A stretch of DNA of 64,000 bases from Amoebidium appalachense (Eukaryota; Protista; Ichthyosporea). The notes beneath the pieces are model-generated. The model was not told the origin of the DNA. It ran no database searches and was given only the letters and a program-made list of their open reading frames with translations. Made by a program: the position numbers and the translations under genes. Of the stretch, positions 13,464 through 27,961 are shown in pieces (the stretch's first letter is position 1; every line of letters starts with the position of its first letter). The stretch covers positions 9,068,907 through 9,132,906 of the forward strand of contig CAVNZM010000001.1 in the NCBI GenBank assembly GCA_963693365.1, in the 5' to 3' direction.

Positions 13464-16278
13464 ATGGGTACACCCATACGAAGAGGATGGAGATCATGGG
13501 CATGCCCTGCTCTCTCTATATTTTTCCTCCTGGCATTCGTGCACACAGTACTAGTAGATGCCGCAATCCTGTTTCAGGAGACTCGTCCACGCCCAACAAA
13601 CGAAACCATTACCGAATACGGGCAGTATCTGTGCAGAGGAAGCACCAACCACACCACAAACATGGGGAGGGTGGCACGCGGCGAAACTCCGTCCGTTTGC
13701 TGCGACAATCTCACACCAGTTGTGTACGCCGTGGCGAAAAATGGGAGCATTTTGAACGCGGGAAGGCCTGTGGAAAACTACACGCAGTTTGCGGGTGCGT
13801 ATAGAATGGTTGTGGCTCTGGCGGCATATGATATCAGCTCGGAGAACTTTGAAAAGGATAGGTTAGTTATGTGGAATCCGTTTCACTTGGAGGAGGCTGC
13901 AGATTTCAGAAAGGTTCTCGTCAACGCTTTGCAGGTAAGAAAACTCGCATTGTATATGTTGCCACGGCCGACGGCGTGTTGGCCATAATAACAGCACTGA
14001 TTGTCGACTTTTGAGTTGTGGGTGCACATGATATAATGTTACATTAGGGTGCGCGCTGGCATGCGACGTGTGATGTCAGTGAGCTCTATATTGGTATCAA
14101 AAATCACCTGCAGCCTGCATATACGTATCGTGAAGGTATTACATACGTAACTTGTTGCATGCATTTGTGTACGATTGCCATTTATTGACGCCGCAAGCTG
14201 GTTTTATTGTGTGCATGTGCTATTGTGTATCTGCATTGGTTTTTTAAACAGCGTTGTACATCTTTGAAGTTGCCCTCTGAAAAATATCCTACAGTTTTCT
14301 CCTATGAAGAAAAGAAATTTGAAAAGGAAAAGGAGGGATATGTTGCGTAATTCAAACAAATTGCAGTATATATGGCAAGGTAAGCACAAAATCTCAAATT
14401 GGATTTCAGGCTGATGCAAGTGCGGGCGGTTTCAGGTAAATGATGCCCCACCTACTGTAACAGATCTACAATCATGTTTCACTCTAATTTATTTGCTTTT
14501 TATTCGAGAGTTCTAGAATCTTTCGGCAACACCACAAGTTATCTGAGGCCCCCATAGTTAAAGTAACTGAGTTCGTGAATGAGTAAGGAATGCCCTTAAG
14601 GTCACAACATGCGAGTGTTATCATATCATAACCCGCGCGCCAACAGTTACTCTTGGATACTCACATTTTATTTCCATCTTTTACACAGCACCTAGTGTGC
14701 CAGAGAACCATCGACATACCCAACCAAAAGCCATTGGTTGCCGAACTGTGGAATGTGGGCTGGGGACCAATCCAAGCCCTCTACAACCAAGACAGGCAGC
14801 CCGGCGCCGTCGCCCAATCGGATCACCCGGACGTGATTTTCGTGCGCCACAGTCACGTGCACGCCTTCCAATCAAAGGGCTTCCTTGCCGACATCAACCG
14901 CTACCTTCGCGCCGAATACTCCAAGCCGGCAGCCGAGAAAGATCCGTTTGTCTCCGCTCTCTACCTAAAAAGGGTTAAAGAGGATATGGTAGACTATTTC
15001 CGATTGGACTCCGACACGTGGGCCGCCGTCCCTGTGATTATGCACGTTCCTTTTTTGGCGTGGAACTTAACCACATACACCGCAAGTGAGTTTGTGGGGT
15101 CAAAACCGACCGGAACGGGTACGGGATGCTGCGGATCACTGGTTGAATACTGGAATATGAAAGAAAATCCATTCACATGGGCAGACCTTGCGGATATGAC
15201 GAGAAAGATCCAGTCAGATCCGAACGTGGGCGTCCCCTATCCGTTTGATTTCGAGCCAGGTATGCATGTACCCGTCTTTTTATCCCCCCCCCCCCCCCCC
15301 CCCCCCCCTCATACATGCACTCGTCTTTTTATCCCTCCCCCCCCCCCCCCCCCCCCCCCCATGCATGCAATCGTCTTTTTATCCCCCCCCCCCCCCCCCC
15401 CCCCACGTGTGCTCTGCGTGCGCATTACAAGTACACCATCTGCAAACGGTATTGGGTAAACAAGAGTGTGCACACTGTACATATTTGCGTGTGCACATAC
15501 ACACGTCGCATGCTCACATGCACCTACATGCATAAAATATAGAGAAGTTCAACAAATACAATTGAGCACACACACACATGCACGCACACACACACACACG
15601 CACACACACACACATATCACACAGGGGGTTTACCCTGTTTACTCGAGGCACAAGCTCGGTTCTCTTCACCATTTAGGGTTATTTCTAACGCATAACCCAC
15701 CAATCAGGCTACGATGAAGAGCTCGCGCTCATCAGCAGCAACCCGGACAGGCTCACACCCTTTGGCCGTGCCCTAAGTCTGGAGGCCCAAGATTACACCG
15801 ATTACACATGCGCCCTAACCACCCCAGATATGATCAGATCTCTCAACACCACGATCGGCCAATTGGTTGGCAACGATACGTTCGATCCGGATATGTTCCC
15901 TGCTAGCAATCCCAATTACCAAAAATGGAATGCGGATTGGGAGAAAGGTATTACGGACCTAAAGAACCCATCTCCTTTTACCGAATATTATCGCTCCAAG
16001 CCTCTGATTGGATACAGATTCACAACACCTGATCGGTGGGTGACCCCCCCTTCCCCCCCCCCCCCCCCCTGCCCCGCCCTCATGAAATCCCCCCCCCACA
16101 CACACACAGACACACAGCCACACACACACACACACACACACACACATTACTGTGCACCCCCTCCTTGCCCCCCGGAAAGTATACCATTGGAAAAAAGTAA
16201 CATGAAGAACACATCAAATCTATTCGAAGCTCTCTGACACTCATTCCCCCACTCCGACCCCCCCCCCTTCCTCCCCCA

Positions 16279-16312
<34 letters not shown>

Positions 16313-16463
16313 CCCCCTGCCCCATCCCCAACCCACCACCACCACCACCACCACCACTGTCTCTTTCTCCCTCTCTCTCTGCGTGTCTGTTGTACACACT
16401 CTCTCCGAGCCTACCTCTCAACATGCTCTCTCCTCCCCCCCCCCCCCCCCCCCCCCCCTCCCT

Positions 16464-16500
<37 letters not shown>

Positions 16501-16633
16501 TTCCCTTTTCTTTCGGTTTGTATTGATATGACCCATTTCCTCCTCAGCCAGCACATATCATCAAGCACACATTTATACAAACCTGCACACATTGCCTTAG
16601 CCACGTATACCCATGCACGTACATGGCACCCAC

Positions 16634-16671
<38 letters not shown>

Positions 16672-16674
16672 ACA

Positions 16675-16716
<42 letters not shown>

Positions 16717-17719
16717 CACACACACACACGCGCGCGCGCACGCGCGCGCACACACACACACACACAAACAAACAAACAAACACACACACACACATACACA
16801 CGCACAAAAAAGTGAGCACATCTCTCCGAATCCCCCCTTCCCCTCCCTCCCTTCCTCCCCTCCCTCCCTCCTCCCCACTCCCCACCTCCCCCCGAAACCC
16901 CCCTCCCCCCGCCCATCCTTACCCTCCGCCCCCTCCCCCAATCCCTAACCCCTCCTCATCTTTCCTATTTATCTCTCTTCACAAGCCTACATGCACAAAC
17001 CAACACATTTCTAACCAAAACCCTTTCTTTTTTCCCCACTTCGGCATACAGACCCGCACCCCGCCTACCAAACATCCACCTAGGTCTCCACCCGTCCGGG
17101 GACAAACTCGCACTTTCCGGTTTCGGCCTAGCTGCCACTTACAACACCCGAAATATCTCCTTAGCCTATAGTCTAGTGGCCCTCCTTGCAAGTTTCAAAG
17201 CGCCATATCTCGTCGGAATGAACGTGGCTTTGGATAGCGTGGCCCCCTACACCCAGGCGCAAAATATGTACCCGTGGGAAACTTCCTCCAAAGCAAAACG
17301 AGAGATATTGGTGTATTATCACACCACCACCGTCGGCGCACCAATCGGATACCCGTTTGGGTTCCCCCCTCAGATCAGCGAAATTTCGGAGCGGAAACCT
17401 TTCCGTAATTTCCTAATGGATCTCGTGGTGAAGAAACAGCCGATGGAGATTGCCGCCGATCGGGCGTGCAAGATCCTAAATCACATTTTCCTTCCGGAAT
17501 GCCGCATGGATCGAGATCTCCAGATGACTATGGGTGTGTGCGACAAGGCGACCAATCAGCTAACGGTGAAATTTCATTGGCGGATGTACAATGAGACCCA
17601 CCAGGCGTGCAGGTGAGCATGCACCCCTTCACTTTCTTTCTTCTCCTCCAGCCTCAACCCCCCCCCCCCCCCCAAAAAAAAAAAAAAAAAAAAAAAAAGG
17701 CCTCCCCCCTCCCCCCTTC

Positions 17720-17751
<32 letters not shown>

Positions 17752-18584
17752 AAAAAAAAAAAAAAATAAAAAAAAACCGAGACCACCATCTCACCACCTC
17801 CCCAGTGAAGGCTAGTGATATCACTCATCCTCGTTGCCCCCTCCCCCTCCCCCCCCCTCCCCCCCCCCCCCCCCCCCCCCCCCCACCCCCAAACAACCCC
17901 CTCACCCCCTCCTCCGCCCCTTCCGGGGGGGGGAGGGGGGGGCTTCCTCCCCGTCCGCTTACAACCGCAACAACTCTTTTGCTCCCCCCCCCCCTCCCCT
18001 CCCTCCCCCCCCCCCCCCCCCCCGTGCCACCCAAGCCGCAACTCCCCCCCCGGCCCCCCCCCCCCCCCCAAACCCCCTCCCCCTCCCCCCCCCCCCCCCC
18101 CCCCCCCTCTCACACACACATATACACACACAAAGATATATGCACACATGCATACACACAAAAACACCACTCTCGTTCTTCAATCTTCTCCCACGGTTTC
18201 TATGCACATAATTGTTACGCTCACTCCTCAAACGCACTCATTCCTTTTAGACCCAACCCCTAAACTTGCCTCATATTCCCACGTTGTCACCAGTTCTCCC
18301 CGTCCCCTCCCCCCCCCCCTCCCCCTCCCCCCCCCCCCCCCCCCCCTACCAGACACCGGCCGTATCATCCTTTTACCTCCCCCCTAATTCCCACGGCTAC
18401 CACATTACATACATCGAAAAGCACAGGAATCCGAATGCATTATCTACTGGAATGTTCATGGTATTTACTAAATCCCAATTTTAGCCCTTTCAGCTGGTGC
18501 AAGAAACACCACATGCTCATCTCCCCCCCCCCCTCCCCCCCCCCCCCCCCCCCCGCCTGCCCCCGCCCTCCCCCCCCCTCCCCC

Positions 18585-18619
<35 letters not shown>

Positions 18620-19120
18620 CTGGGCTCCCACAGAGATGACGAGAATCTTCTGCCTGCCCCTCAGACGGTGACGTGCCGCTACCCGGGCACGCAGAGCGCC
18701 ATCGTGCAGGGAATGTTTGCGCTGTCGGGGCTGGGGATAGCCTATTGCCTAATTGCAATGGTCGCAATTTGGCTGCTGCGGGCCGAAAAGGCCATCAAGA
18801 GCGCCAGCCCCTTCTACTGCATCGTCATGCTGCTGGGCTGCGTATTTATGTTTGCGGCCGTCTTCCTGCTGCCGGGCCTGCCCTCGCGCGTCACAATCAC
18901 CATTGCTCTGTGGTTGTTCATCATCGGATGGTATGTTTGCTCTGCCCCCCTCCCCCCTCCCCCCCCCCCCCCGCCCCCCTCCACCCCCCTCCCGCCCCTC
19001 CCCCCAAACCACCTCCCACCAAGACCCCCCCCCCCTTCCCTCCCCCCCCCCCCCCCCCCCCAAACCCCCCCTTTTCCCAGACACCACCTCCATCCCACAC
19101 AAGTCACGGCGAGAGAAAAC

Positions 19121-19206
<86 letters not shown>

Positions 19207-19213
19207 CGCCGTG

Positions 19214-19290
<77 letters not shown>

Positions 19291-19297
19291 CGCCGTG

Positions 19298-19381
<84 letters not shown>

Positions 19382-20554
19382 ACAGACGCACACACACACC
19401 ACACACACACACACACCCCCGCACAGTTAGCCGCACAGTTATCTATTTTTATCAAGCAGTTACCTAATATGTTTTTCTTTTCCCGCAGGTGCCTCCTCTA
19501 CTCCAGTGTTGCCGTCAAGTTGTACCGCATCTTTGAATGTTTCCGCACCAAAAGGGTTAAGACGGGCGGCATGCGCCTGACAGATACATTCCTCATGCTT
19601 CCCCTCTCCCTATTGGTCCTTGTCGACGTCATACTTCTCCTTACTTGGACATTTTTGGAGCCAATCAACGTAGGCATCCACACCCACGACCTGCCGATCA
19701 TGCACCCCAAATACGGGTCGACCAATTTTGAGATCCCGCTTACTCAAGTTTCCACGAATTTCGGGCCTGCATTTTATGTTTTGGTCACGTACAATATTCT
19801 ATTAGTGGTTGTCGACTGCATTTTCAGCGCCAAACTGTGGAATGTGCCCAGCGACTACAACGAATCAAAATTCATCCTCGGGATCGTCTACAATCTCGCA
19901 ATGGTGTCGATCATCGCCGTCCCCCTGATCATCACCTTTGATGACATGATCGTAAAGTACCTCCTCTTCTCTTCGTGTCTGTTTTTCATGCTCGTGTTCG
20001 CCATTACCATCTTTTTCGTGCCTAAAATCCTAACCATAATGTCGTGCATCAATCTCCACGGTTTGAGTTCCGCAAGCACCCACCGCCGCACCACGTCCCA
20101 GAGCCAATCGGGAACGGAGACCGAAAAGGGCGGCTGGGGTAGATTCTTCTCGCGGGCGGGAGGTAAGACGTCACTCCCGCAGAGAAGCTCAAAGAACAGA
20201 AGCCAAGCTCTACGCACCAATAGCATGACGCAAGATCTAGCCGGGGCCGATAATGTTCATCCGGCGCCCCCCGCGCACGTGCGCCTGCAACAACTAAACA
20301 GCGGGGTGATGGAGGGGAGCGCGCATATGTCGGCCGCGGACCTAGGACAGGCGGAGAGAGATGAGGAAGCAGCCATGAACGATAAGGATATGAGGAAAAA
20401 GGTGCGGGAAATGAAGGAAATGGTGAAGGAGATTAGCGCAGAAAATGCAATGTTGAAGGAAAAATTGGTGGCGGTGAACAACGCTCACTCCAGGGCGGAG
20501 GGCGATAAGAGGCCTGCGGCGGCCAATAGGAGCTCGCAGTGGCTGCTCGGGTGA
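13464..20554 (+). CDS. Class C (7tm_3, GABA-B-like) GPCR with MalE/ABC-type solute-binding ectodomain; exons 13464-13934, 14689-15259, 15708-16035, 17052-17612, 18634-18930, 19489-20554 (~1097 aa)
   Basis: All introns GT-AG and phase-compatible (3294 nt total). Signal peptide; class C motifs [38 protein letters not shown]; hydrophobic TM segments; C-terminal coiled coil. SBP-like motifs [82 protein letters not shown]. Confidence 0.88.
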
Positions 20555-22787
20555 ACAGTCTGACTGTCGAAGGCGTAGATTTTTCATGGATTGAATTAGC
20601 ATTTTAGGCTGCGTATCGTTAAAACCGTGTGATATGTCAAATGATAACTATTTGATTATAAACGAAAGAATATGCTGCTGGGGGGTGACAGTTACCCTAA
20701 ACAGTGGCCTTTCATCAGAGCATCATGATGCATGCATCTGGTACCAATATCTAGTGGTAATCAGCCCCACGGTGATGAATTTCCACGCAAGACACATGTG
20801 TTTTTAAAATGGATATACCACTTGTGTGGATCATGATATTTGTATCGAATCATCCGGGATCGAGGGTGCATTAACAACACCACTGCCAGTGTGTGCAGAT
20901 GTAAAACACGCTTAAAGTTGACGATGGATATGTTCCGTAAATGATATTCCCCCACCCCGGGGGGGGGGGGGGGGGGGGGGGGGGCTAGGAGGGGGGAGGG
21001 GAGAGGCGGGGAGGGGGGCGGGGGCTCTCACGAACAAGTCGAGGGGGGCTCAACAACCTAGAATAAACATAGCTAGACAGACAGATGTTTTTCGGTTGTG
21101 TTTTTGACTTAGCTATGGTAAGTCTGTAGCCGTGTATCCTCTAATACCACGATGGGTCCTTAAGCTTTTGTCTTTTAAGTTGTATACAAAATCTGGAATG
21201 AGCAGACAAAAACCAATTAGGACCTCTTCCCCCCTCCCCCACCCCTTCCCACCTAACCCCTTCTTCCTCCCTTCTACCCAACGCCCCCTCATCGAGCCAA
21301 TATTAGACTCGTCAACGTTTTCCCTCTCCCTCTCTGTACCACCTTCTCCAACCCTCCCTCCCTCTCCCTCCTCCCCCTCCTCCCCCCTCCCCCCCCCTCC
21401 CCCCCCCCCCTCTCCCCCCCGTTTTCTCCTTCTTCTTTTCCTCTAACCTTCAACGGCTGTTGGAAAATGCCAGGGAACACCGGAGCTCGAGCCACGTGGC
21501 AAAAGATCTTGTGTGACTTTTCGCTTCCAGCCGTTCCGGAACGCATTTGCAACTCACCGTTTCGAATGCCTGACCCAGTCCCTACAAAAAGGCGACACAC
21601 GCTCACTTGATTATGAATATGCACCTGCGTTTTGCATGCATATGACTGTTTTATTGTCGGCTTATTATGATGGCAATGCAGGGACCCCTAGATCTGCCAC
21701 CCACCAAGCATGTCAGCTAATAACGCAGCACGAAGAACAAAGCATTGCACACACAGCGAGGTGAGCTGTATGGCTGCATGCGCGTGACGGTTTTAGTAGT
21801 TGATACGGAAGCTATTACTAGCACACACACACATACAGAGAAAGCTAAGACCCGTGGGTTTCAGCACAAACTGCAAGTTAGGCACCTGCTTGCTGCCACG
21901 AATGTCTGTGGCTATTGAATGGGGAAAGCAGATTCATTCGGAAAATGCACAGCCATGTGCATGGGCTGCCTGACTGCATGTCTATGGCGGCGCTAGTGAC
22001 TATCAATATAGCAGTGCACACACACACACATACTGGTGCAACACGGCATGCAAATTCCGGAACATCACCTACCGCATCTTCGCATGCACAAAAACAAAAC
22101 AAACAAAAAGAAAACAGAAAGAAAGAAAGTTTTTTTGCCCTACTTTTTGGCTGCATTCCAGAAGCGCTCACATGAACATCTACGCGCCATTTTATTGGAG
22201 CCATCTTGTAGCACTGGCCTTCGCCCACCAACCAGAGAGAGCCAATACATGTGCGTATTTATTTGCCTTTTATAGCATAGTGCACGGCTTTATTGCGGTG
22301 TCTTCCTATACCTCTTGCTTACTTCAAAAAGCCATATCAAAATACAAGTGTAATATTTAGAATTACAGCATATATCATTTTAGATTTATTTAAACATAAA
22401 AATGAAATTGTCCAATAAAAAAACCTTTGTAGCTGTAGAGTTTCCGAAATGCTAAAAAGAGTGTAATTTTTTGGAAGGAGGTTTAAGTCACAATAATTAA
22501 GATATGCATTTTTCGGAAATCTTGATATGCCCCACCATTAACCTAGTTTAGGAAGTGCTTACCTATGGGCGTCAGCCAATCATCTCTTTCAGCTCTGACG
22601 AATCAAAGCGTGCCTGCACACGACACGAAGCAGGTATAAATATGATCTGTGCATTCATTTTCAGTCACCTTTCTGTTGTTGAACGAAAAAAACCTCAACC
22701 TCCCCGGTTGGCGTTCAGTAAGGGGGTGGAAGGCCAACAGTAACGTTATATTGTTCCCTTTTTGGTGGGGGTTGGATTTAATTAAAC

Positions 22788-23371
22788 ATGGCCCTTTCAT
22801 GGCTTGTGCTTGCTGTTGTGGCAGTTCCAGTGTATGGACTGCACGACCAGCATTTCTGGACTCGTATGGTGCAGAGATCTCAGGAGAGATGGGCAAAGAG
22901 TACGGCAGAAGAAGTGCAGGCAAACGAAAAGGATGTCGCTGAAGAGCAGTGGTGAGTGAGTGGTCTGGTTTTTATTCCCACAGGCTTTGCAGGGCATCCC
23001 TTGTAGGGTGATAGTCCTGTTGTACCTCGTACGCGTCCTGTTGAGCAACTTTTGCTGGAACGATGGTGGGTTTGAGAGGTAGATAAGTTTTTTTTTGCCT
23101 TCTCTCCCATTTCTCTCCTACCAGCAGGCGCGCGCGCACACACTCACAAGCGCAAGCACGCACTTGAGGGTTTTGATATGACTTGTGCTATGGGGCAATC
23201 TTGTTCAAATCAAAACGGGCTGATAAGAGTTTTGCTTCCTCTCTCCTCCTTCTCCATCCGTGCACACGCGCACGTTCATAAGTGCACGCTCAAAACACAC
23301 AAAAACGCATGCACGCACACCTGCGCGCACGCACATACACGCACACACACACACGCACACACACGCACACC

Positions 23372-23419
<48 letters not shown>

Positions 23420-24472
23420 CACACACCCCAAGGCACGTAGATAACGCTCTTTCCACAAAAAACACCCTGGCTTGTTTTCTAACACATATGGTTTCCTCCT
23501 CTTTCTCTTTTGTTTTGCGCAGGTACACCCAACAGACGCTGGACCACTTTGATTTCAGCGATACCCGCACGTGGCGGCAGCGTTTTTTTGTCAACGACAA
23601 GTTCTTTAAGCCTGGCTCCAATGCGCCGGTGTTCCTGTGTGTGGGCGGCGAGGGTCCACCTCTGGATGGCTCCGTTGTATCCTACAGCGAGTAGGTGTCC
23701 GTGCATTGTGCTATCAAAGACTTTTATTATCTGTCGCTTATATCTTTATTTGGGTCTGAATCACCTTGTGTGCATCTCTCATCTTTGGTTCTGGATGGTG
23801 CAAGCACTTCACAGATGCAAAACTCAACTTGTGCAGTTTACACCGGTCAGCTTCGCTTCCTGAGAAAGTGCCAAGGACTCGGCCGAATTGGATAGCTAAA
23901 AGCTGATATACACCAAATTTCACAAGCGGTACTTGTTGCACCCCTCATCAACATCCTTTGATCTTTCTCCCCATCTACCTTGACCAGTGAAATACAGCCA
24001 ACTATACCTCCAACCCCCGGTTAATCAGTGCAACCTTGATATTTGGCTAGTGGTGTGTGTTGCATCCCTTAACAACATTCAATTTAGCCTTCTCACCAAG
24101 CAACCAAGCCGATATAAAATTACAGCCACTAACATCTTGCATTCCTCGTTTAGCCATTGCAACCTTGCTGTTGAGATGCTCCCCAAGACTGGTGGGCTGA
24201 TGTTGGCGCTTGAGCACCGCTACTACGGCAAGAGTCTACCCGTACCCGACTTCACGACGCCAAACATGCGCTACCTGTCGTCAAGGCAGGCGCTGGCGGA
24301 TCTGGCCCAGTTCCACGGGTATGTGATGGCATGGTCGTGATGCCATTTCTACAGTGATTCTTACCGAGGACTGGTTGTTGTTCTGGTCAGAATGACAATT
24401 TGGTCAACTGCCTTTCCGTGCTTTTTGTAAACTGGAAAGAGGTGCGGTGGTGGTGGTGGTGGTGGTGGTGGT

Positions 24473-24519
<47 letters not shown>

Positions 24520-24532
24520 TGGTGGTGGTGGT

Positions 24533-24582
<50 letters not shown>

Positions 24583-25106
24583 GAGTATTGGAAGTAAGCC
24601 AGATATGTGCTGGGAAGAGGAAACATGTTTGTTGCACCTCGAAGGACAAGTGTGGGTTAGAATCTTTTCATTGTTGGTGCGAATATTGTCTGTCACAGTT
24701 GCCTCCTGTCTTTCACCTTCACATTTTTGCACGAATTGGGAGTTTGACTCTTCCCCCCCCCCCTCCCCCCCCCTTCCCCCTTCTCCCCCTTCTCCCTCCC
24801 TTCGTTTCCCCCCTCCCTCCCCTCCCCTCCCCCCCCCCCCCCCCCCCCCCCCCCCCCTTGCATTCTCTCCTAACAGGTTCGCAATGGAGCGGTTCAACCT
24901 GACCACCAAGAACAAGTGGGTGTCGTTTGGTGGGTCATATCCCGGTATGCTTGCTGGGTGGATGCGCCTCAAGTACCCCCATCTTATTCATGCCGCCGTG
25001 GCTTCTTCAGCCCCAGTGGAGGCGGTTCTGGACTTTCCTGGGTATGTGACCTGATGCCATTCACACGGCCACATAAGCACATGTTTTCACTAGCACACAC
25101 GCACGT

Positions 25107-25142
<36 letters not shown>

Positions 25143-25224
25143 CATGTCCACGCACACACATACACCTTGCGCATGTGCACGTGCAAATCTCCACATACAC
25201 GCACGCACACACACACACACGCAC

Positions 25225-25275
<51 letters not shown>

Positions 25276-25425
25276 CACATGCACAGGCATGCTCATACAG
25301 GAGGCCGCGTGCACACATGCGCGCATACACAATGCACACAGACACACACAGTCACAGATCATGTGACAGATGCACACCTGCACACACACAAATGGGCACA
25401 CGAATGGCGCACGCGCGTGCGCGCG

Positions 25426-25490
<65 letters not shown>

Positions 25491-26555
25491 TACATGTCAC
25501 ACAAGCATGCACGTCCAGGCACAAGTGCAATGCGTGCACACACGGATACCCCCCTCCCCCCACCGGCTCCCCCCTGGGAGTGCATACAAAAGTTCAACAC
25601 GCTCTACTCTCTCCGAGTAAAGTAAACAATTGCCGACTTTTTATCTTCATGAATCACTAATCCCCCCCCCCCCCCCCCCCCCCTACACACACATTCACAC
25701 CACATTCACACACAAGCACGCCTCATTTACACACACACATTCACACACACATTTACACTCACTCACTCACTCCCCCTCCCCCCCCCCCTTCTCTCTCTCT
25801 CTCCCCCCTCCCCCCCTCCCCCCCCCCCCCCCCCCCCCCCTGCGCGGCCCCCTGCCCTTCCCTTCAACACATCCACCCACCCACACACAACACGTACTTA
25901 TACAGCTACAACAACGTAGTCGGAGACACGCTTGCCGAACCCCTCGTCGGTGGTTCGCGCCAGTGCCGCCGCGTGGTCTCTGAGGGCCACGCCCAAATCA
26001 AGGAACTACTAAAGACCCCGGAGGGAAGAGACCAACTCGCGTCCAAGTTCAACATCTGCGCAGGGGGTAAGTCTCTCGAGGATTTACGCAACCAACAGCA
26101 GTTTGCCGGAATGGGTGTTGTACGTTTGCCCACGCAGAGCAATGACCCGGCGTGCGAGGGTGCCCTTTGTAACATTGCAAAGATTTGTGCCTTTTTGTCG
26201 GACGAGTCTGGGCCGGAGAGTTTTGTCGATCGGTTGGCTGCTCTTGCACAGAAGCAGAATTATGGGTATGTTGTTTCAACCCGCCCCCCCCCCCCCCCCC
26301 CCCCCCCCATAATAATAATAATAATAATAAATAAATAAATAATTAAATAAATAACTAAATAACCCACCCCTCACTACCCTCACGGCTACTCGATGGATAG
26401 AAACAACTTCCACTGAATGGTGGTCGGTGTATGAAAGGGTAACTTTTGCTTGCAATGGTTTTGGCTTGATATATTTTTGCAAGTGTTAGCTCGGATGTTT
26501 ACTTCCCAGTACTGCATACAACCCCCACCCCCACCTCTCCTCTGCCTTCCTGGTT

Positions 26556-26606
<51 letters not shown>

Positions 26607-26638
26607 ATGTGTGGGTGGGTGGGTGGTGGGTTGGGAGG

Positions 26639-26674
<36 letters not shown>

Positions 26675-27281
26675 TGTGAGAGAGAGAGTTAATTTTTCCT
26701 AGAACACATCATTCAGCTGTGTGCTAACCATCCATCCCCCCCCCCCCCCCGCCTCCCCCCCTCTCCCTCTTTCCCTTTGCAGTTGCCTGAACGTAGACTA
26801 CAACAGCACGCTCGAGTTCACCGCCGACACCTCCATCTCCAACGGGTGGGGCCGCGTTTGGACCTGGCAGACATGCACCGAGTTCGGCTTCTTCCAGACG
26901 TGCGAAGAAGGTTCCAGATGCCCGTACGCCCAGGGCCTCTTCCCATTGGACCACTACACGGAAATATGCAAGAAGGCGTTCGGGATCCCGCGCGAGATGA
27001 CGGAACGCGCGATCCAGTCCACGAACACGTGGTATGGCGGGAGGAAGGTTAAAGGTTCGCGTATCATGTTCCCGAACGGGTCGGTTGATCCTTGGTACGC
27101 GCAGGGGATTCGCGTTTCTCCCGATATTGCCGAGCCGACGTTGTGGGTCGCGGGAGCGTCTCACCACGCGTGGACGCACCCGTCCAAGCCGACGGATTCG
27201 ATTGAGTTGGTGCATGCAAGGGAGGAGATTAAGTTGCAGGTGATGATTTGGTTGGAGGCGGAGGATTGGAAGGTCGAGTAA
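22788..27281 (+). CDS. Serine peptidase family S28 (PRCP/PRSS16-like, secreted or lysosomal); exons 22788-22951, 23523-23690, 24154-24318, 24877-25041, 25906-26265, 26783-27281 (~506 aa)
   Basis: Signal peptide [17 protein letters not shown]. Motifs [32 protein letters not shown] (catalytic Ser), [23 protein letters not shown] (Asp), GASHH (His). GT-AG introns in frame (1521 nt). Confidence 0.95.
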
Positions 27282-27699
27282 GAAACGGGTTTAATTTTTT
27301 TTAAAACTTGCAATGATTCGTTGAATTGGGCATGTATATGTTACACTTTTGGTCTTACGATTGATTTTTTTTTATTTTTTTTGGTGGTTAGGGGGAGGGG
27401 GGGGGGGTTGTTGTGGGTTGTGGTGCGAACCTATATTTAGTGTAAACTATTCAAACTACAGGTTCTTTAGATGAATGAAGAATAACGAATGTACAATACT
27501 ATACACCAGCATGGGATTTAGTGCGGCATAAATTAACACAAAACATACTACGACCCAAGGTATTCACGATAACAGAATGAAATTTAAAAACATTTGACGT
27601 TGTCTTAATGGTTTCTTTGTCTAACGGTTGGATGCTATTCTATGACTAATTATTCGGATGGAGGTTGTCCTCACAGCCCCGTGACAAACACACGCACAC

Positions 27700-27748
<49 letters not shown>

Positions 27749-27851
27749 AAGGCCTCCCCTCCCTACTCTTCCACTTGTTTAGTAGGGTCGTGTGCATTTG
27801 CTAGCCCCTGGAAAGGCTAAATATTGAAGGAAAAGGCACAAAGATTGACCG

Positions 27852-27893
<42 letters not shown>

Positions 27894-27913
27894 ACAACAA
27901 CACACCCACACCA

Positions 27914-27961
<48 letters not shown>

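Noticed and set aside
15265-15405. Three tandem CATG..CGTCTTTTTATCCCC(n) units in GPCR intron 2
   Set aside because: Real but looks like an ordinary local minisatellite; no evidence of function.
18497-20554. 685-aa single ORF as a complete gene
   Set aside because: It reads through a stop-free intron (18931-19488) and begins in intron 4; it represents only exons 5-6 of the GPCR.
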